Below the pieces are notes generated by a model that had not been told where the DNA came from, did not search any database, and saw only the letters and a program-made list of their open reading frames with translations. This document shows positions 23,701 through 35,376 of a stretch of DNA of 64,000 nt, in pieces. The position numbers and the translations under genes were made by a program. Every line of letters begins with the position of its first letter. The stretch's first letter is position 1. The stretch covers positions 496,001 through 560,000 of the forward strand of contig NIVC01000591.1 in the NCBI GenBank assembly GCA_002269645.1. The letters are read 5' to 3'. The DNA comes from Macrostomum lignano. Lineage: Eukaryota.

Positions 23701-26700
23701 CCTGATGAAAATGTGTTTCGAGTTTGATAGCATTAGCTGACGCTACAAGTGCATCAATACGCTCGCACATTCGGGTATCGTATTAAAGAACGTTTCGATT
23801 ATTTCAGACGAATTTTATTGACCCATAGCAAAAGATATTTTTTGCTTCCTGTGAATGACAGTCGCTTATTGTGAATAGGGTAGTTTGTTGTTAATAGAGT
23901 AGCTTGTTGTGAATCGAGTAATTTGTTAATAGAGTAGTTTGTTGTGAATAGAGTAGTTTGTTGTGAATAGAGTAGTTTGTTGTGAATAGAGTAGTTTGTT
24001 GTGAATAGAGTAGTTTGTTGTGAATAGAGTAGTTTGTTGTGAATTGAGTAGTTTGTTGTGAATAGAGTAGTTTGTTGTGAATTGAGTAGTTTGTTGTGAA
24101 TAGAGTAGTTTGTTGTGAATTGAGTAGCTTGTTATTAGAGTAGTTTGTTGTTAATAGAGTAGCTTGTTGTGAATCGAGTAATTTGTTAATAGAGTAGTTT
24201 GTTGTGAATAGAGTAGTTTGTTGTGAATAGAGTAGTTTGTTGTGAATAGAGTAGTTTGTTGTGAATAGAGTAGTTTGTTGTGAATAGAGTAGTTTGTTGT
24301 GAATAGAGTAGTTTGTTGTGAATTGAGTAGCTTGTTATTAGAGTAGTTTGTTGTTAATAGAGTAGCTTGTTGTGAATTGAGTAGTTTGTTAATAGAGTAG
24401 TTTGTTGTTAATAGAGTAGTTTGTTGTGAATAGAGTAGTTTGTTGTGAATAGAGTAGTTTGTTGTGAATTGAGTAGCTTTTTGTGAATTGAGTAGCTTGT
24501 TAATAGAGTAGTTTGTTGTGAATTGAGTAGTTTGTTGTGAATAGAGTAGTTTGTTGTGAATTGAGTAGTTTGTTGTGAATAGAGTAGCTTGTTATTAGAG
24601 TAGTTTGTTGTTAATAGAGTAGTTTGTTGTGAATTGAGTAGTTTGTTGTGAATAGAGTAGTTTGTTGTGAATTGAGTAGCTTGTTATTAGAGTAGTTTGT
24701 TGTTAATAGAGTAGCTTGTTGTGAATCGAGTAATTTGTTAATAGAGTAGTTTGTTGTGAATAGAGTAGTTTGTTGTGAATAGAGTAGTTTGTTGTGAATA
24801 GAGTAGTTTGTTGTGAATAGAGTAGTTTGTTGTGAATAGAGTAGTTTGTTGTGAATAGAGTAGTTTGTTGTGAATAGAGTAGTTTGTTGTGAATTGAGTA
24901 GCTTGTTATTAGAGTAGTTTGTTGTTAATAGAGTAGCTTGTTGTGAATTGAGTAGTTTGTTAATAGAGTAGTTTGTTGTTAATAGAGTAGTTTGTTGTGA
25001 ATAGAGTAGTTTGTTGTGAATAGAGTAGTTTGTTGTGAATTGAGTAGCTTTTTGTGAATTGAGTAGCTTGTTAATAGAGTAGTTTGTTGTGAATTGAGTA
25101 GTTTGTTGTGAATAGAGTAGTTTGTTGTGAATTGAGTAGTTTGTTGTGAATAGAGTAGCTTGTTAATAGAGTAGTTTGTTGTTAATAGAGTAGTTTGTTG
25201 TGAATTGAGTAGTTTGTTGTGAATAGAGTAGCTTGTTGTGAATGGAGTAGTTTGTTGTGAATTGAGTAGTTTGTTGTGAATTGAGTAGCTTGTTGTGAAT
25301 TGAGTAGTTTGTTAATAGAGTAGTTTGTTGTTAATAGAGTAGTTTGTTGTGAATAGAGTAGTTTGTTGTGAATTGAGTAGCTTTTTGTGAATTGAGTAGC
25401 TTGTTAATAGAGTAGTTTGTTGTGAATTGAGTAGTTTGTTGTGAATAGAGTAGTTTGTTGTGAATTGAGTAGTTTGTTGTGAATAGAGTAGCTTGTTAAT
25501 AGAGTAGTTTGTTGTGAATTGAGTAGTTTGTTGTTATTAGTGTAATTTGTTGTTTTTAGAGTAGCTTGTTGGGTTTTGAAGTATTTTCTTCGAAAATTTT
25601 GCCAGTATCCTAAGGCGCTGATTAATAACCCTCTGGGCTGAGCTGACAAGGTATTGAGGTTCTAAGCTATTTTAAATTACCAATATGTTCTGTAGATTCT
25701 GATGAGAGCGGGAATAGGAATAGAAATAATTTATCATCATGAAAATATCCCTCTTAGGTACTGACTTTCCCTAACCCCTGCCAAAGCCAGGTAATCCAGA
25801 TATACTAGACCCGGCAGATGGGAGATCAAACCAATGCACTTTGAGTTTTATATAAACGGCTGGATTTCTCGCGATGTTCGGCTGAGTTTTGACCTCAAAC
25901 TATCGTTCGGAATATCACGCGATGGGATATAAAATATTATTGCACTGCATATGTAGTACTTCCCCAGTCAAGAATTAGTGGGATTGTACCAGCCAGATCA
26001 TCTAAGGTTACCTTCTGCTTCATTCGTACATTGTCTACAGGACGTTTGCTTGATTAATTAACGAAAATATATTTATTAAATAATGCTGGAACGATGACTG
26101 GGGTGATTCAGGATTGGGATTCTGTAGGAGAATAAGTTGAATACATTCGGTGAGAGAATGGAAAATTCTATAATATAGAAGTCTAGGATTCGGTGAAGGA
26201 GACTGGACTCTGGATAAAGGAAACTGGGACTCTCGATGAAGGAGACTGGGACTCTAGATAAAGGAAACTGGGACTCTCGATGAAGGAGACTGGGACTCTC
26301 GATGAAGGAGACTGGGACTCTCGATGAAGGAGACTGGGACTCTCGATGAAGGAGACTGGGACTATCGATGAAGGAGACTGAGACTCTCGATGAAGGAGAC
26401 TGGGACTCTCGATGAAGGAGACTGGGACTCTCGATGAAGGAGACTGGGACTCTCGATGAAGGAGACTGGGACTATCGATGAAGGAGACTGAGACTCTCGA
26501 TGAAGGAGACTGAGACTCTCGATGAAGGAGACTGGGACTATCGATGAAGGAGACTGAGACTCTCGATGAAGGAGACTGGGACTATCGATGAAGGAGACTG
26601 AGAATCTCGATGAAGAAACGGGTTTGATGAAGGAGTCTGGGATTTGATGAAGGAGACTGAGACTCTCGATGAAGGAGACTGGGACTCTTGATGAAGGAGA

Positions 26701-27421
26701 CTGGGACTCTCGATGTAGGAGACTGGGACTCTCGATGAAGGAGACTGAGACTCTCGATGAAGGAGACTGGGACTCTCGATGAAGGAGACTGAGACTCTCG
26801 ATGAAGGAAACTGGGACTCTCAATGAGGGAGACTGGGACTCTCAATGAGGGAGACTGGGACTCTCAATGAAAGAGACTGGGACTCTCGATGAAGGAGACT
26901 GGAACTCTGGATGAAGAAGACTGGGGCTCGATAAAGGAGTCTGGAGTTTGATGAAGCAGATTGGGACTTTCATCGAGAAGAAATCTGTTCAAAACAGGCA
27001 GGACTCACTTTCTGTCCACCAGTTTGATAATCAACTTCCTGATGGGGTTGTTGATTGACAGGCAGAACAGCACTCGGTTCGGCCGCTTGTCCCTCGGTTC
27101 AGAGCGCGCCCGCCTGGCGGCCTGGCTCTGCGCCAGCATGGCGGACATGGCCACGGACATGAGGTCACTGTGGCCGGTGCCGAGGCCGCTGGGTTCAGCA
27201 CTGAAGGCGGTTACCCTCGGTGTTGGGTTGATGTGCACCTGTCTGCCCGGCTGCTGCTGCGGCAGCTGTTGCGACAACAACGCTGAAGTAGACGGATGCT
27301 GAGCTGCATCGTTGGATGAAGTTTGCAAATTTGCCGGGCATGCCGCTGCTGTGGAGAAACTGGCGGGTGCTGACGGCGGCTGCGGCTGCGGCTGCTGAGG
27401 GTTCTCAATGTTTTCTTCCAT
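2513..27421 (-). CDS. CACNA1 (Cav1): L-type voltage-gated calcium channel alpha1 subunit (Cav1), multi-exon, 3' end outside window
   Basis: Exons: 27009-27421, 23596-23701, 22733-23144, 20607-20991, 19393-19508, 18655-18702, 15410-15514, 14431-14518, 13294-13885, 13139-13204, 11859-12153, 11236-11525, 10834-10893, [10594-10700 or 9712-9818], 8941-9028, 8234-8541, 7914-8115, 7125-7283, 6921-7031, 6756-6839, 2809-2931, 2513-2720. All GT-AG with phases consistent end to end. Pore motifs TMEGW/TGEDW/TFEGW/TGEAW; four R/K-rich S4s. Cav1-type segments [13 protein letters not shown] and [26 protein letters not shown]. Confidence 0.96.
2809..2931 (-). CDS. CACNA1 (Cav1): Cav1 exon 21 (IVS4)
   Basis: [41 protein letters not shown]. 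Confidence 0.94.
3971..4160. mobile_element. MITE-like / fold-back element
   Basis: 30-bp terminal inverted repeats with 27/30 match (3971-4000 vs 4131-4160); inner 16/16 inverted repeat (4031-4046 vs 4091-4106); central hairpin; no TSD found. Confidence 0.65.
4804..4842 (-). ncRNA. Minimal type I hammerhead ribozyme motif (PLE 3' pLTR)
   Basis: ACC-CUGAAGA-U-GGCCA-UUGU-UGGUC-C-GAAA-CGC-GUC/GGU: core boxes, 3-bp stem I ACC/GGU, 5-bp stem II, palindromic ACGCGU stem III, GUC triplet. Confidence 0.8.
4983..6191 (-). CDS. Truncated PLE RT + GIY-YIG ORF (first 10 aa come from the inverted arm)
   Basis: Uninterrupted 402 aa. It begins at NVP of the RT motif DVxSLFTNVP, so the first catalytic Asp is missing. 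Confidence 0.85.
   Translation of the reverse strand: MSWAEFSKNVPLQFAIDLAADYVYEHVPPKFPKSTFKKLMNFATSGLFLFNDKYYRQTDGCAMGSPLAPTLANICMTHWEKEWMTLQCAPRFYKRYVDDTFAIFKGGSDHEEFLAALNSTHKNIQFTVEVGDKKLPFLDVDVDIHSNSVSTKVYRKPTFTNLMLNFGAVCPRQWKVGLIRCLLHRAYTVCSSWTNFNIEVNNLTKILRMNQFPKNVICSEINRFISNKMTNKPSFASDKDVLKTCPTMVLPFYGNCSNLLKKKIEKSFRKFFNTPIKIVFRTAKVGQYVSRLKSHVPLALAAGVVYKFSCSVDQNITYIGKTKRHLYTRVREHWLKRSAIQDHLLCCNSCCEIEQTQQFKIIDRCRTDFRLNILESMYIKDQKPNLNIQLSHSGAGHLLKVF
6260..6298 (+). ncRNA. Second copy of the hammerhead motif in the inverted arm
   Basis: Same sequence on the plus strand: acc ctgaaga tggccattgttggtcc gaaac gcgtc ggt. Confidence 0.8.
6756..6839 (-). CDS. CACNA1 (Cav1): Cav1 exon 20 (IVS3, 84 nt)
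   Basis: [28 protein letters not shown]. Confidence 0.94.
6921..7031 (-). CDS. CACNA1 (Cav1): Cav1 exon 19 (IVS2)
   Basis: [37 protein letters not shown]. Confidence 0.94.
7125..7283 (-). CDS. CACNA1 (Cav1): Cav1 exon 18 (III-IV linker, IVS1)
   Basis: [18 protein letters not shown]...LNTIALAMK. Confidence 0.95.
7914..8115 (-). CDS. CACNA1 (Cav1): Cav1 exon 17 (IIIS6)
   Basis: LLYRSIDS...[33 protein letters not shown]. Confidence 0.95.
8234..8541 (-). CDS. CACNA1 (Cav1): Cav1 exon 16 (IIIS5, pore III)
   Basis: [27 protein letters not shown]...ATFEGWP. Confidence 0.95.
8941..9028 (-). CDS. CACNA1 (Cav1): Cav1 exon 15 (IIIS4)
   Basis: [29 protein letters not shown]. Confidence 0.95.
9712..9818 (-). 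CDS. CACNA1 (Cav1): Cav1 exon 14b (paralog of 14a, 107 nt)
   Basis: [35 protein letters not shown](E); CACAG acceptor, GTGAGT donor. Confidence 0.9.
10594..10700 (-). CDS. CACNA1 (Cav1): Cav1 exon 14a (IIIS2-S3 linker + IIIS3, 107 nt)
   Basis: [35 protein letters not shown](E); TTTTAG acceptor, GTACGT donor. Confidence 0.9.
10834..10893 (-). CDS. CACNA1 (Cav1): Cav1 exon 13 (IIIS2, 60 nt)
   Basis: [20 protein letters not shown]. Confidence 0.93.
11236..11525 (-). CDS. CACNA1 (Cav1): Cav1 exon 12 (II-III loop, IIIS1)
   Basis: DSESKPNT...RPRRMSEL...[19 protein letters not shown]. Confidence 0.9.
11859..12153 (-). CDS. CACNA1 (Cav1): Cav1 exon 11 (IIS6, II-III loop)
   Basis: [35 protein letters not shown]...; donor G|GTAAGT. 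Confidence 0.9.
12323..12575. repeat. Degenerate minisatellite (atcccatgatc-like)
   Basis: Recurrent aatcccat/gatct motifs. Confidence 0.6.
13139..13204 (-). CDS. CACNA1 (Cav1): Cav1 exon 10 (domain II pore)
   Basis: [22 protein letters not shown]. Confidence 0.92.
13294..13885 (-). CDS. CACNA1 (Cav1): Cav1 exon 9 (IIS1-IIS5)
   Basis: [28 protein letters not shown]...[16 protein letters not shown]...QSLLTVFQ. Confidence 0.96.
14431..14518 (-). CDS. CACNA1 (Cav1): Cav1 exon 8 (I-II loop)
   Basis: [28 protein letters not shown]; GTAAGA donor; phase 1-2 joins exon 9. Confidence 0.8.
15410..15514 (-). CDS. CACNA1 (Cav1): Cav1 exon 7 (I-II loop, 105 nt)
   Basis: (T)[34 protein letters not shown]; GC-rich island, pyrimidine tract+AAG acceptor, GTGAGC donor, phase 1-1. 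Confidence 0.7.
17385..17605 (-). mobile_element. tRNA-derived SINE with CORE/MIR-like domain (older copy)
   Basis: Degenerate A box, B box GGCTCGATTC, GTGTACTTGGGCAAGAC...CCAGCTGTAAAATGGGTA; aligns by eye with the copy at 49022-49272. Confidence 0.7.
18655..18702 (-). CDS. CACNA1 (Cav1): Cav1 exon 6 (acidic I-II loop, 48 nt)
   Basis: (E)[15 protein letters not shown]; TTTCAG acceptor, GTGAGT donor, phase 1-1. Confidence 0.75.
19393..19508 (-). CDS. CACNA1 (Cav1): Cav1 exon 5 (I-II loop, AID)
   Basis: [38 protein letters not shown]. Confidence 0.93.
20607..20991 (-). CDS. CACNA1 (Cav1): Cav1 exon 4 (domain I pore, IS6)
   Basis: [33 protein letters not shown]...NLVLGVLSG. Confidence 0.96.
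22733..23144 (-). CDS. CACNA1 (Cav1): Cav1 exon 3 (IS2-IS5)
   Basis: [11 protein letters not shown]...[17 protein letters not shown]...GKLHGAC. Confidence 0.96.
23596..23701 (-). CDS. CACNA1 (Cav1): Cav1 exon 2 (IS1)
   Basis: (K)[35 protein letters not shown]; not in ORF track in this frame; CAG acceptor, GTGAGT donor. Confidence 0.93.
23872..25560. repeat. 19-bp minisatellite GTGAATAGAGTAGTTTGTT
   Basis: Direct reading. Confidence 0.97.
26195..26960. repeat. 22-bp minisatellite GATGAAGGAGACTGGGACTCTC
   Basis: Direct reading; 22-aa ORF periodicity. Confidence 0.96.
27009..27421 (-). CDS. CACNA1 (Cav1): Cav1 exon 1 (N-terminus to pre-IS1)
   Basis: ATG in strong Kozak-like context GCCGTCGCCATGG; [26 protein letters not shown]; donor AA|GTGAGT phase 2. 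Confidence 0.88.
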
Positions 27422-27691
27422 GGCGACGGCTTGGAGAGCCCTCACCCGCCGCCTCTGCCTGCCTGACCTGCCAACTGGTCACTGACTGGACAGAGCGGTC
27501 GCCTGGAGAGTGAGGGGGGGCGATGAGTGCGTCTGACACATGGGGATTCGTTGGGAACCAATGGGAAACCGTTTTGGTTTGCCTGAGGGAAGCATTTGTA
27601 GTGTTGGGACTCTACTTTGTACAATAACTAACTTGTCAAATTAATTAATACTATCTTTGCGAAAGAATCATTTTTTCATTTTTTCTGTCAA

Positions 27692-27874
27692 ATCCCAGTC
27701 AGAGACATCCCAGTCAGAGACATCCCAGTCAGAGACATCCCAGTCAGAGACATCCCAGTCAGAGACATCCCAGTCAGAGACATCCCAATCAGAGACATCC
27801 CAATCAGAGACATCCCAATCAGAGATATCCCAATCAGAGACATCCCAGTCAGAGACATCCCAGTCAGAGACATC
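27692..27874. repeat. 15-bp minisatellite ATCCCAGTCAGAGAC
   Basis: ~12 copies. Confidence 0.96.
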
Positions 27875-28374
27875 AAATTCGTCATGGATAGATTTTTATA
27901 AATGCCATGTCCTCACTCCAATTAGCTGCAGTGTCTGTCAGTCTAGAGAGCTCTATCTTAATCCCCACACACGCAAACTCTCTGCTCTGCATCTTCCCAT
28001 CTTCGTGTCTCTTGGATCTCTAATCTGACATTGTGCCGTGACTGGTGCAAATGAGAAAGAAAATATTTGGAGACAAATCTACACACTATCTCGGCATTGA
28101 AAGGTAACCCCATTCCGTCCGAAAGGGGATTAAGCAAGGGTATTAAGCCTCCCCTAGCAGCAGGCCACCTCTATGCAAGGAAAAAAGAGGCCAGAGTCCC
28201 CCGCCTTTGACTTTTTGCGAAAGCAAGGGTAACACGAGCTGCATACAATGCTGCAATTTTGCTGAGTGCCCAAGTTATTTTTAGTTATTAATATTAATAC
28301 TTTTTGAGACCTCTTTGTGAGCGGTGGATTCGTGTTTTGAGTTAGGACAGCAGGTTCTGCTCCATCAGTAAAAG

Positions 28375-28825
28375 TTTATGACCAATCAATATCAGTTTAT
28401 GACCAACCAAAATCAGTTTATGACCAATCATCACCAGTTTATGACCAATTAATACCAGTTTATGACCAATCAATACCAGTTCATGACCAATCAATACCAG
28501 TTTATGACCAATCATCACCAGTTTATGACCAATCAATACCAGTTTATGACCAATCAATACCAGTTCATGACCAATCAATACCAGTTCATGACCAATCAAT
28601 ACCAGTTTATGACCAACCAATATCAGTTTATGACCAATCAATACCAGTTCATGACCAATCAATACCAGTTCATGACCAATCAATACCAGTTTATGACCAA
28701 CCAATATCAGTTTATGACCAATCAATACCAGTTCATGACCAATCAATACCAGTTTATGACCAATCAAAATCAGTTTATGACCAATAAATACAGTTTATGA
28801 CCAATAAATATCAGTTTATGACCGA
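28375..28825. repeat. 21-bp minisatellite TTTATGACCAATCAATACCAG
   Basis: Direct reading. Confidence 0.96.
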
Positions 28826-29329
28826 CCACAATAGAAGCATTACTACACAATACAATAATTGCCAATCTAAAAGTCACGATTGCCGAAGCGAAGAAATTAA
28901 TGACTATTCAGTAGCTGGCATCGGCATATTCGGCTTAGTTTAATTTCCAGACTGATTTAGAACACAACCAAACAGTTAAAAAATCGATTAAGATGTTCTT
29001 ATTTTTGCCTTTTTGGAAATGTTATTAAATCCAGCCTAAATTAAAATTCGTTTCCACAAAGTTATCTGAAATAAACCAGAGTCATCTCGCAGCAATGTCC
29101 GCACTAGCAATGCATTATTGCTGCTTCTAAAAGCGGAATTCTGTTTGCATTAAATTATTCAATATTGCATCCAGCGCTGCTCAAGGAGTTTTTAAATATC
29201 GATTTTTTATTTAAGGTCGCTGAAGGGAAGGATGAGGGTCGAGAAAGCCTTCTGAGACCATTTTAAGAGCTAAAATCCACCTATACTAAATCTCTAAAGA
29301 CTGTCCGTCTTTACAAGGCTAAACATGAC

Positions 29330-32050
29330 GCCTTCACTCCTCCTGACGCATCACTCTTCCTGACACATAACTCTTCCTGACACATCACTCTTCCTGACGC
29401 ATCACTCTTCCTGACACATAACTCTTCCTGACACATCACTCTTCCTGATACATCACTCTTCCTGACACATCAATCTCCCTGACACATCAATCTTCCTGAC
29501 ACATAACTCTTCCTGACACATCACTCTTCCTGACACATCACTCTTCCTGACGCATCACTCTTCCTGACACATAACTCTTCCTGACACATCACTCTTCCTG
29601 ATACATCACTCTTCCTGACACATCAATCTCCCTGACACATCACTCTTCCTGACACATCAATCTTCCTGACACATCACTCTTCCTGACACATCACTCTTCC
29701 TGACACATCCCTCTTCCTGACACATCATCACTCTTTCTGAAGCATCAGTCTTCCTGACACATCATCACTCCTCCTGACACATCACTCTTCCTGACACATC
29801 TCTCTTCCTGACACATCATCACTCTTTCTGAAGCATCACTCTTCCTGACACATCATCACTCCTCCTGGCACATCGCTCTTCCTGACACATCACTCTTCCT
29901 GACACATCTCTCTTCCTGACACATCTCTCTTCCTGACACATCACTCTTCCTGACACATCTCTCTTCCTGACACATCTCTCTTCCTGACACATCACTTTTC
30001 CTGACACATCTCTCTTCCTGACACATCACTCTTCCTGACGCATCACTCTTCCTGACACATCACTCTTCCTGACACATAACTCTTCCTGACACATCACTCT
30101 TCCTGATACATCACTCTTCCTGACACATCTCTCTTCCTGACACATCACTCTTCCTGACACATCTCTCTTCCTGAAACATCAATCTTCCTGACACATCACT
30201 CTTCCTGACACATCTCTCTTCCTGACACATCTCTCTTCCTGAAACATCAATCTTCCTGACACATCACTCTTCCTGACACATCTCTCTTCCTGACACATCA
30301 CTCTTCCTGACGCATCACTCTTCCTGACACATAACTCTTCCTGACACATCACTCTTCCTGATACATCACTCTTCCTGACACATCTCTCTTCCTGACACAT
30401 CACTCTTCCTGACACATCTCTCTTCCTGAAACATCAATCTTCCTGACACATCACTCTTCCTGACACATCTCTCTTCCTGAAACATCAATCTTCCTGACAC
30501 ATCCCTCCTCCTGACGCATCACTCCTCCTGACACATCACTCCTCCTGACACATCTCTCTTCCTGACACATCAATCTTCCTGACACATCATTCCTCCTGAC
30601 ACATCTCTCTTCCTGACACATCAATCTTCCTGACACATCACTCTTCCTGACACATCATCACTCTTTCTGAAGCATCAGTCTTCCTGAGACATCGCTCTTC
30701 CTGACGCATCTCTCTTCCTGACACATCAATCTTCCTGATACATCCCTCCTCCTGACGCATCACTCCTCCTGACACATCACTCCTCCTGACACATCTCTCT
30801 TCCTGACACATCAATCTTCCTGACACATCATTCCTCTTGACACATCTCTCTTCCTGACACATCAATCTTCCTGACACATCACTCTTCCTGACACATCATC
30901 ACTCTTTCTGAAGCATCAGTCTTCCTGAGACATCGCTCTTCCTGACGCATCTCTCTTCCTGACACATCAATCTTCCTGACACATCAATCTTCCTGACACA
31001 TCAATCTTCCTGACACATCACTCTTCCTGACACATCACTCATCCTGACACATCTCTCTTCCTGACACATCACTCCTCCTGACACATCTCTTTTCCTGACA
31101 CATCAATCTTCCTGACACATCACTCTTCCTGACACATCATCACTCTTTCTGAAGCATCAGTCTTCCTGAGACATCGCTCTTCCTGACGCATCTCTCTTCC
31201 TGACACATCACTCTTCCTGACACATCTCTCTTCCTGACACATCACTCTTCCTGACACATCACTCTTCCTGACACATCACTCATCCTGACACATCTCTCTT
31301 CCTGACACATCACTCCTCCTGACACATCTCTTTTCCTGACACATCAATCTTCCTGACACATCACTCTTCCTGACACATCATCACTCTTTCTGAAGCATCA
31401 GTCTTCCTGAGACATCGCTCTTCCTGACGCATCTCTCTTCCTGACACATCACTCTTCCTGACACATCTCTCTTCCTGACACATCACTCTTCCTGACACAT
31501 CTCTCTTCCTGAAACATCAATCTTCCTGACACATCACTCTTCCTGACACATCTCTCTTCCTGAAACATCAATCTTCCTGACACATCCCTCCTCCTGACGC
31601 ATCACTCCTCCTGACACATCACTCCTCCTGACACATCTCTCTTCCTGACACATCAATCTTCCTGACACATCATTCCTCCTGACACATCTCTCTTCCTGAC
31701 ACATCAATCTTCCTGGCACATCACTCTTCCTGACACATCATCACTCTTTCTGAAGCATCAGTCTTCCTGAGACATCGCTCTTCCTGACGCATCTCTCTTC
31801 CTGACACATCAATCTTCCTGACACATCAATCTTCCTGACACATCAATCTTCCTGACACATCACTCTTCCTGACACATCACTCATCCTGACACATCTCTCT
31901 TCCTGACACATCACTCCTCCTGACACATCTCTTTTCCTGACACATCAATCTTCCTGACACATCACTCTTCCTGACACACCATCATTCTTCCTGACATATC
32001 ATCCTTCCTGACACATCACTTCACCTAACATATCACTCTACCTGACACCT
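29330..32050. repeat. 17-bp minisatellite CATCACTCTTCCTGACA with higher-order structure
   Basis: Direct reading; variant marker recurs every 241 bp. Confidence 0.97.
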
Positions 32051-32520
32051 TCTCCAGCTCCCTAACACGCATGAACACTCCAGAATCCTTATTCTAAAGA
32101 ATACATAAATATTCTCTTGATGATGAATACTATCTCTCAGCATCTATTGATGCGTATACAAGAGCTTGGATCAGCAGCTTGCATCTCTATTATCTTTTCA
32201 GCTCTCAATACCACTGGCACCAGAGAGCTTATTGAGTCCACTCTGGCCAATGGTCCGCCTCGCTTGGCATGAAGGACATTGGATTTTCTCCCAGGCGTGC
32301 ATGCTCTTGCCCGGCTATGCTCAGCCACGTGAGCAGTATCAATTAACAGCACATCTCAAGCCTTCACTACACCCGATGCGAGTCTTATCAACCCTCTCTA
32401 ATGTTGCACTTCTCTTCTAGTGATAAGCTAAAAATAGAAACTAATGACCGCTGTCCTGATGTAACCGGTTAGTACAGATCATACATACTTCCGATGGGAC
32501 AGCAATCGGACACGGAGCTT

Positions 32521-33010
32521 CACTGACTGCACTACACGGACTGCAATCCATTGACTGCAATCCACTGGCTGCAATCCACTGACTGCAATCCACCGATTGC
32601 AATCCACCGACTGCAATCCACTGACTGCAATCCACTGGCTGCAATCCACTGACTGCAATCCACTGGCTGTAATCCACTGACTGCAATCCACTGACTGCAA
32701 TCCACTGACTGCAATCCACTGACTGCAATCCACTGACTGCAATCCACTGACTGCAATCCACTGACTGCAATCCACTGACTGCAATCCACTGACTGCAATC
32801 CACTGACTGCAATCCACTGACTGCAATCCACTGACTGCAATCCACTGACTGCAATCCACTGACTGCAATCCACTGATTGCAATCCACTGACTGCAATCCA
32901 CTGACTGCAATCCACTGGCTGTAATCCACTGACTGCAATCCACTGACTGCAATCCACTGGCTGTAATCCACTGACTGCAATCCACTGACTGCAATCCACT
33001 GACTGCAATC
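32521..33010. repeat. 14-bp minisatellite GACTGCAATCCACT
   Basis: Direct reading. Confidence 0.96.
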
Positions 33011-34307
33011 TGCACACATTCAAGATACATTCCAATTCACAGCAGCCACACTAAATTTATTGAATTAAATAAAAAGCCATCCAATATTTCATGGACACTG
33101 TAATTATGAAAGTTTTCTCTAAATTAAAAAGATGACATTTCAGGTCAGAACTTGAGCGCATTAGAAATAATTGAGCAATTTATTTACTCCAAATAAATTT
33201 TCTCTGAATTTGACCTCAAGGATGCACTAAACCGAGAATTTAGTGTGTAAATATTTTCTACCGCCAATGCCTTCTACATTATGCTTCATAATTTGCATTG
33301 AACTTTCACTGCGAAGGATGGCCCTAGAGACTAAAAGAAAATTGATATAATTTCATGGAAAATAGATGCGAGCTATGCTACTGAGATGCCAATCATATGC
33401 GAATTTTTGGCCCATTTTATGCAACAAAACTGACTGCAAAAATTTAAAAGACTTAGAATTGTTAATAATTAATAAATAAACAGTACATTAAGGGGCATAA
33501 TTCATATATATCTATAGCTTGAATCATATATAGTTATGAATGCTAAAGTTTATATAAAAATCGGTTTCGAGAAGCGGTATTCGATCCTGTACAAGGGACG
33601 CATTTATGCATATTTTAGGTGTCACATAAACGTATTGTTAACAAAATTTTGACTAGCTAATTGTTTACAATGTTATCAGTAACCAACGCTAGAGTAAAGC
33701 TTCATGATCTGTGCACTTAATTAATACCTTCACATGAGGCATTGGGACTGCTTTGAACCTGAAAGCGCCGGTCACAAAGCTGCAGTGAGCAGTCCCAGAA
33801 GTGGGTTTATAAATGAGTATATATGGTATCGTTTATATATACACGACAAAGAAGAAAAATCGGAGCCAAAAAAAAACGGAGCAGATAACGTAGTGGCTTT
33901 GGGAAGGCAAGCAAGTCCGCTTTCGGGAGGCATCCATCACTGCCCGGGCTGGCGGGGTTGACAAAGTTAATTAGATAAAAAGAGGCGCTGGCCACGACAC
34001 AAGAATACGCTATAGGCCTCCGTCATAGTGCAGAGATACATAAGCATTGGCTCTTGGTTTAGTATATAAGGACTAGCACCTATGCTCCTCACAAGGTGTC
34101 TGATTATTCGATCAATAAGAGTAGCAGTGCTAGCTATACCCATTATTAATGATAATATTAATAACAAGCTCTAACCAGTAGCATGGCAGTGGGACTTGAA
34201 AGAGTACATGGGAACTATCCAGTACAATTCTATCCCAAAGGATCTTTCTTTATCCTGTTCTATAGACAATAATAATCGTACTTTAGAAGTAAATGCTAGA
34301 CTCTATA

Positions 34308-34546
34308 GCCCATATACTGCCACCCATAGACTGCAACCCATAGACTGCAACCCATAGACTGCAAACCATAGACTGCAATCCATAAAACTGCAACCCATAT
34401 ACTGCCACTGATATATTGTAACCCATAGATTGCAACCCATAGACTGCAACCCATTGACTGCAACCCATAGACTGCAAACCATAGACTGCAAACCATAAAC
34501 TGCAAACCGTAGGTTGCAAACCATAAACTGCAAACCATAGACTACA
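34308..34546. repeat. 14-bp minisatellite GACTGCAACCCATA
   Basis: Direct reading. Confidence 0.92.
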
Positions 34547-35147
34547 ACCTATGCTCCTCAAAATGTGTCTGTTTATTTGATTTATATGCAGTTACAGTGC
34601 AAGCCTACTCAATATTAGTTATAATGTTAATAATAATTACTATAATAAATATTATAGTTTCTAACTACTCGAGGGAGTGGGACGAGGAGTACCCAGAAAA
34701 ATGTTATGTAAATGAATCGCGCACATTTCTTATTTATTTATTTATCCACTAGACGGTTAGCAACTGCTGTGATGTGCAGAGACCTGCATGAAAAATATGT
34801 ATAGGGCAGAGATACAGATGGATGGGCAGCAAACCAGGTCTGTCCAGATGCCTCTGTACAGTGTCCTGAATTCGGTTCATCAGCCAGTCAACTCACAACC
34901 CCGCATCTGACAGGAACAAGCACTACATGTGCCAGTGTCTGGTATGAATCAAATTTTCACATCCAATAGCAACATCTGCTCCTGTGACAATTTTGGCCAA
35001 TGATTTCTAGATTAAACGGTCAGAAGTACAGAATCCAGTCAATTCAGGCATTCATCTCAGTTTGAGGGCCATAAATCTTTGGATGACAGTTCATCATTTT
35101 TGTGTGATCTTACTGGCTAAACCGTGTGTTACTATTGATTTGTTAAG

Positions 35148-35376
35148 CTCACTCACTCACTCACTCACTCACTCACTCACTCACTCACTCACTCACTCAC
35201 TCACTCACTCGCTCACTCACTCACTCACTCACTCACTCACTCACTCACTCACTCACTCACTCACTCACTCACTCACTCACTCACTCACTCACTCACTCAC
35301 TCACTCACTCACTCACTCACTCACTCACTCACTCACTCACTCACTCACTCACTCACTCACTCACTCACTCACTCAT
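35148..35376. repeat. (ACTC)n microsatellite
   Basis: Direct reading. Confidence 0.98.
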
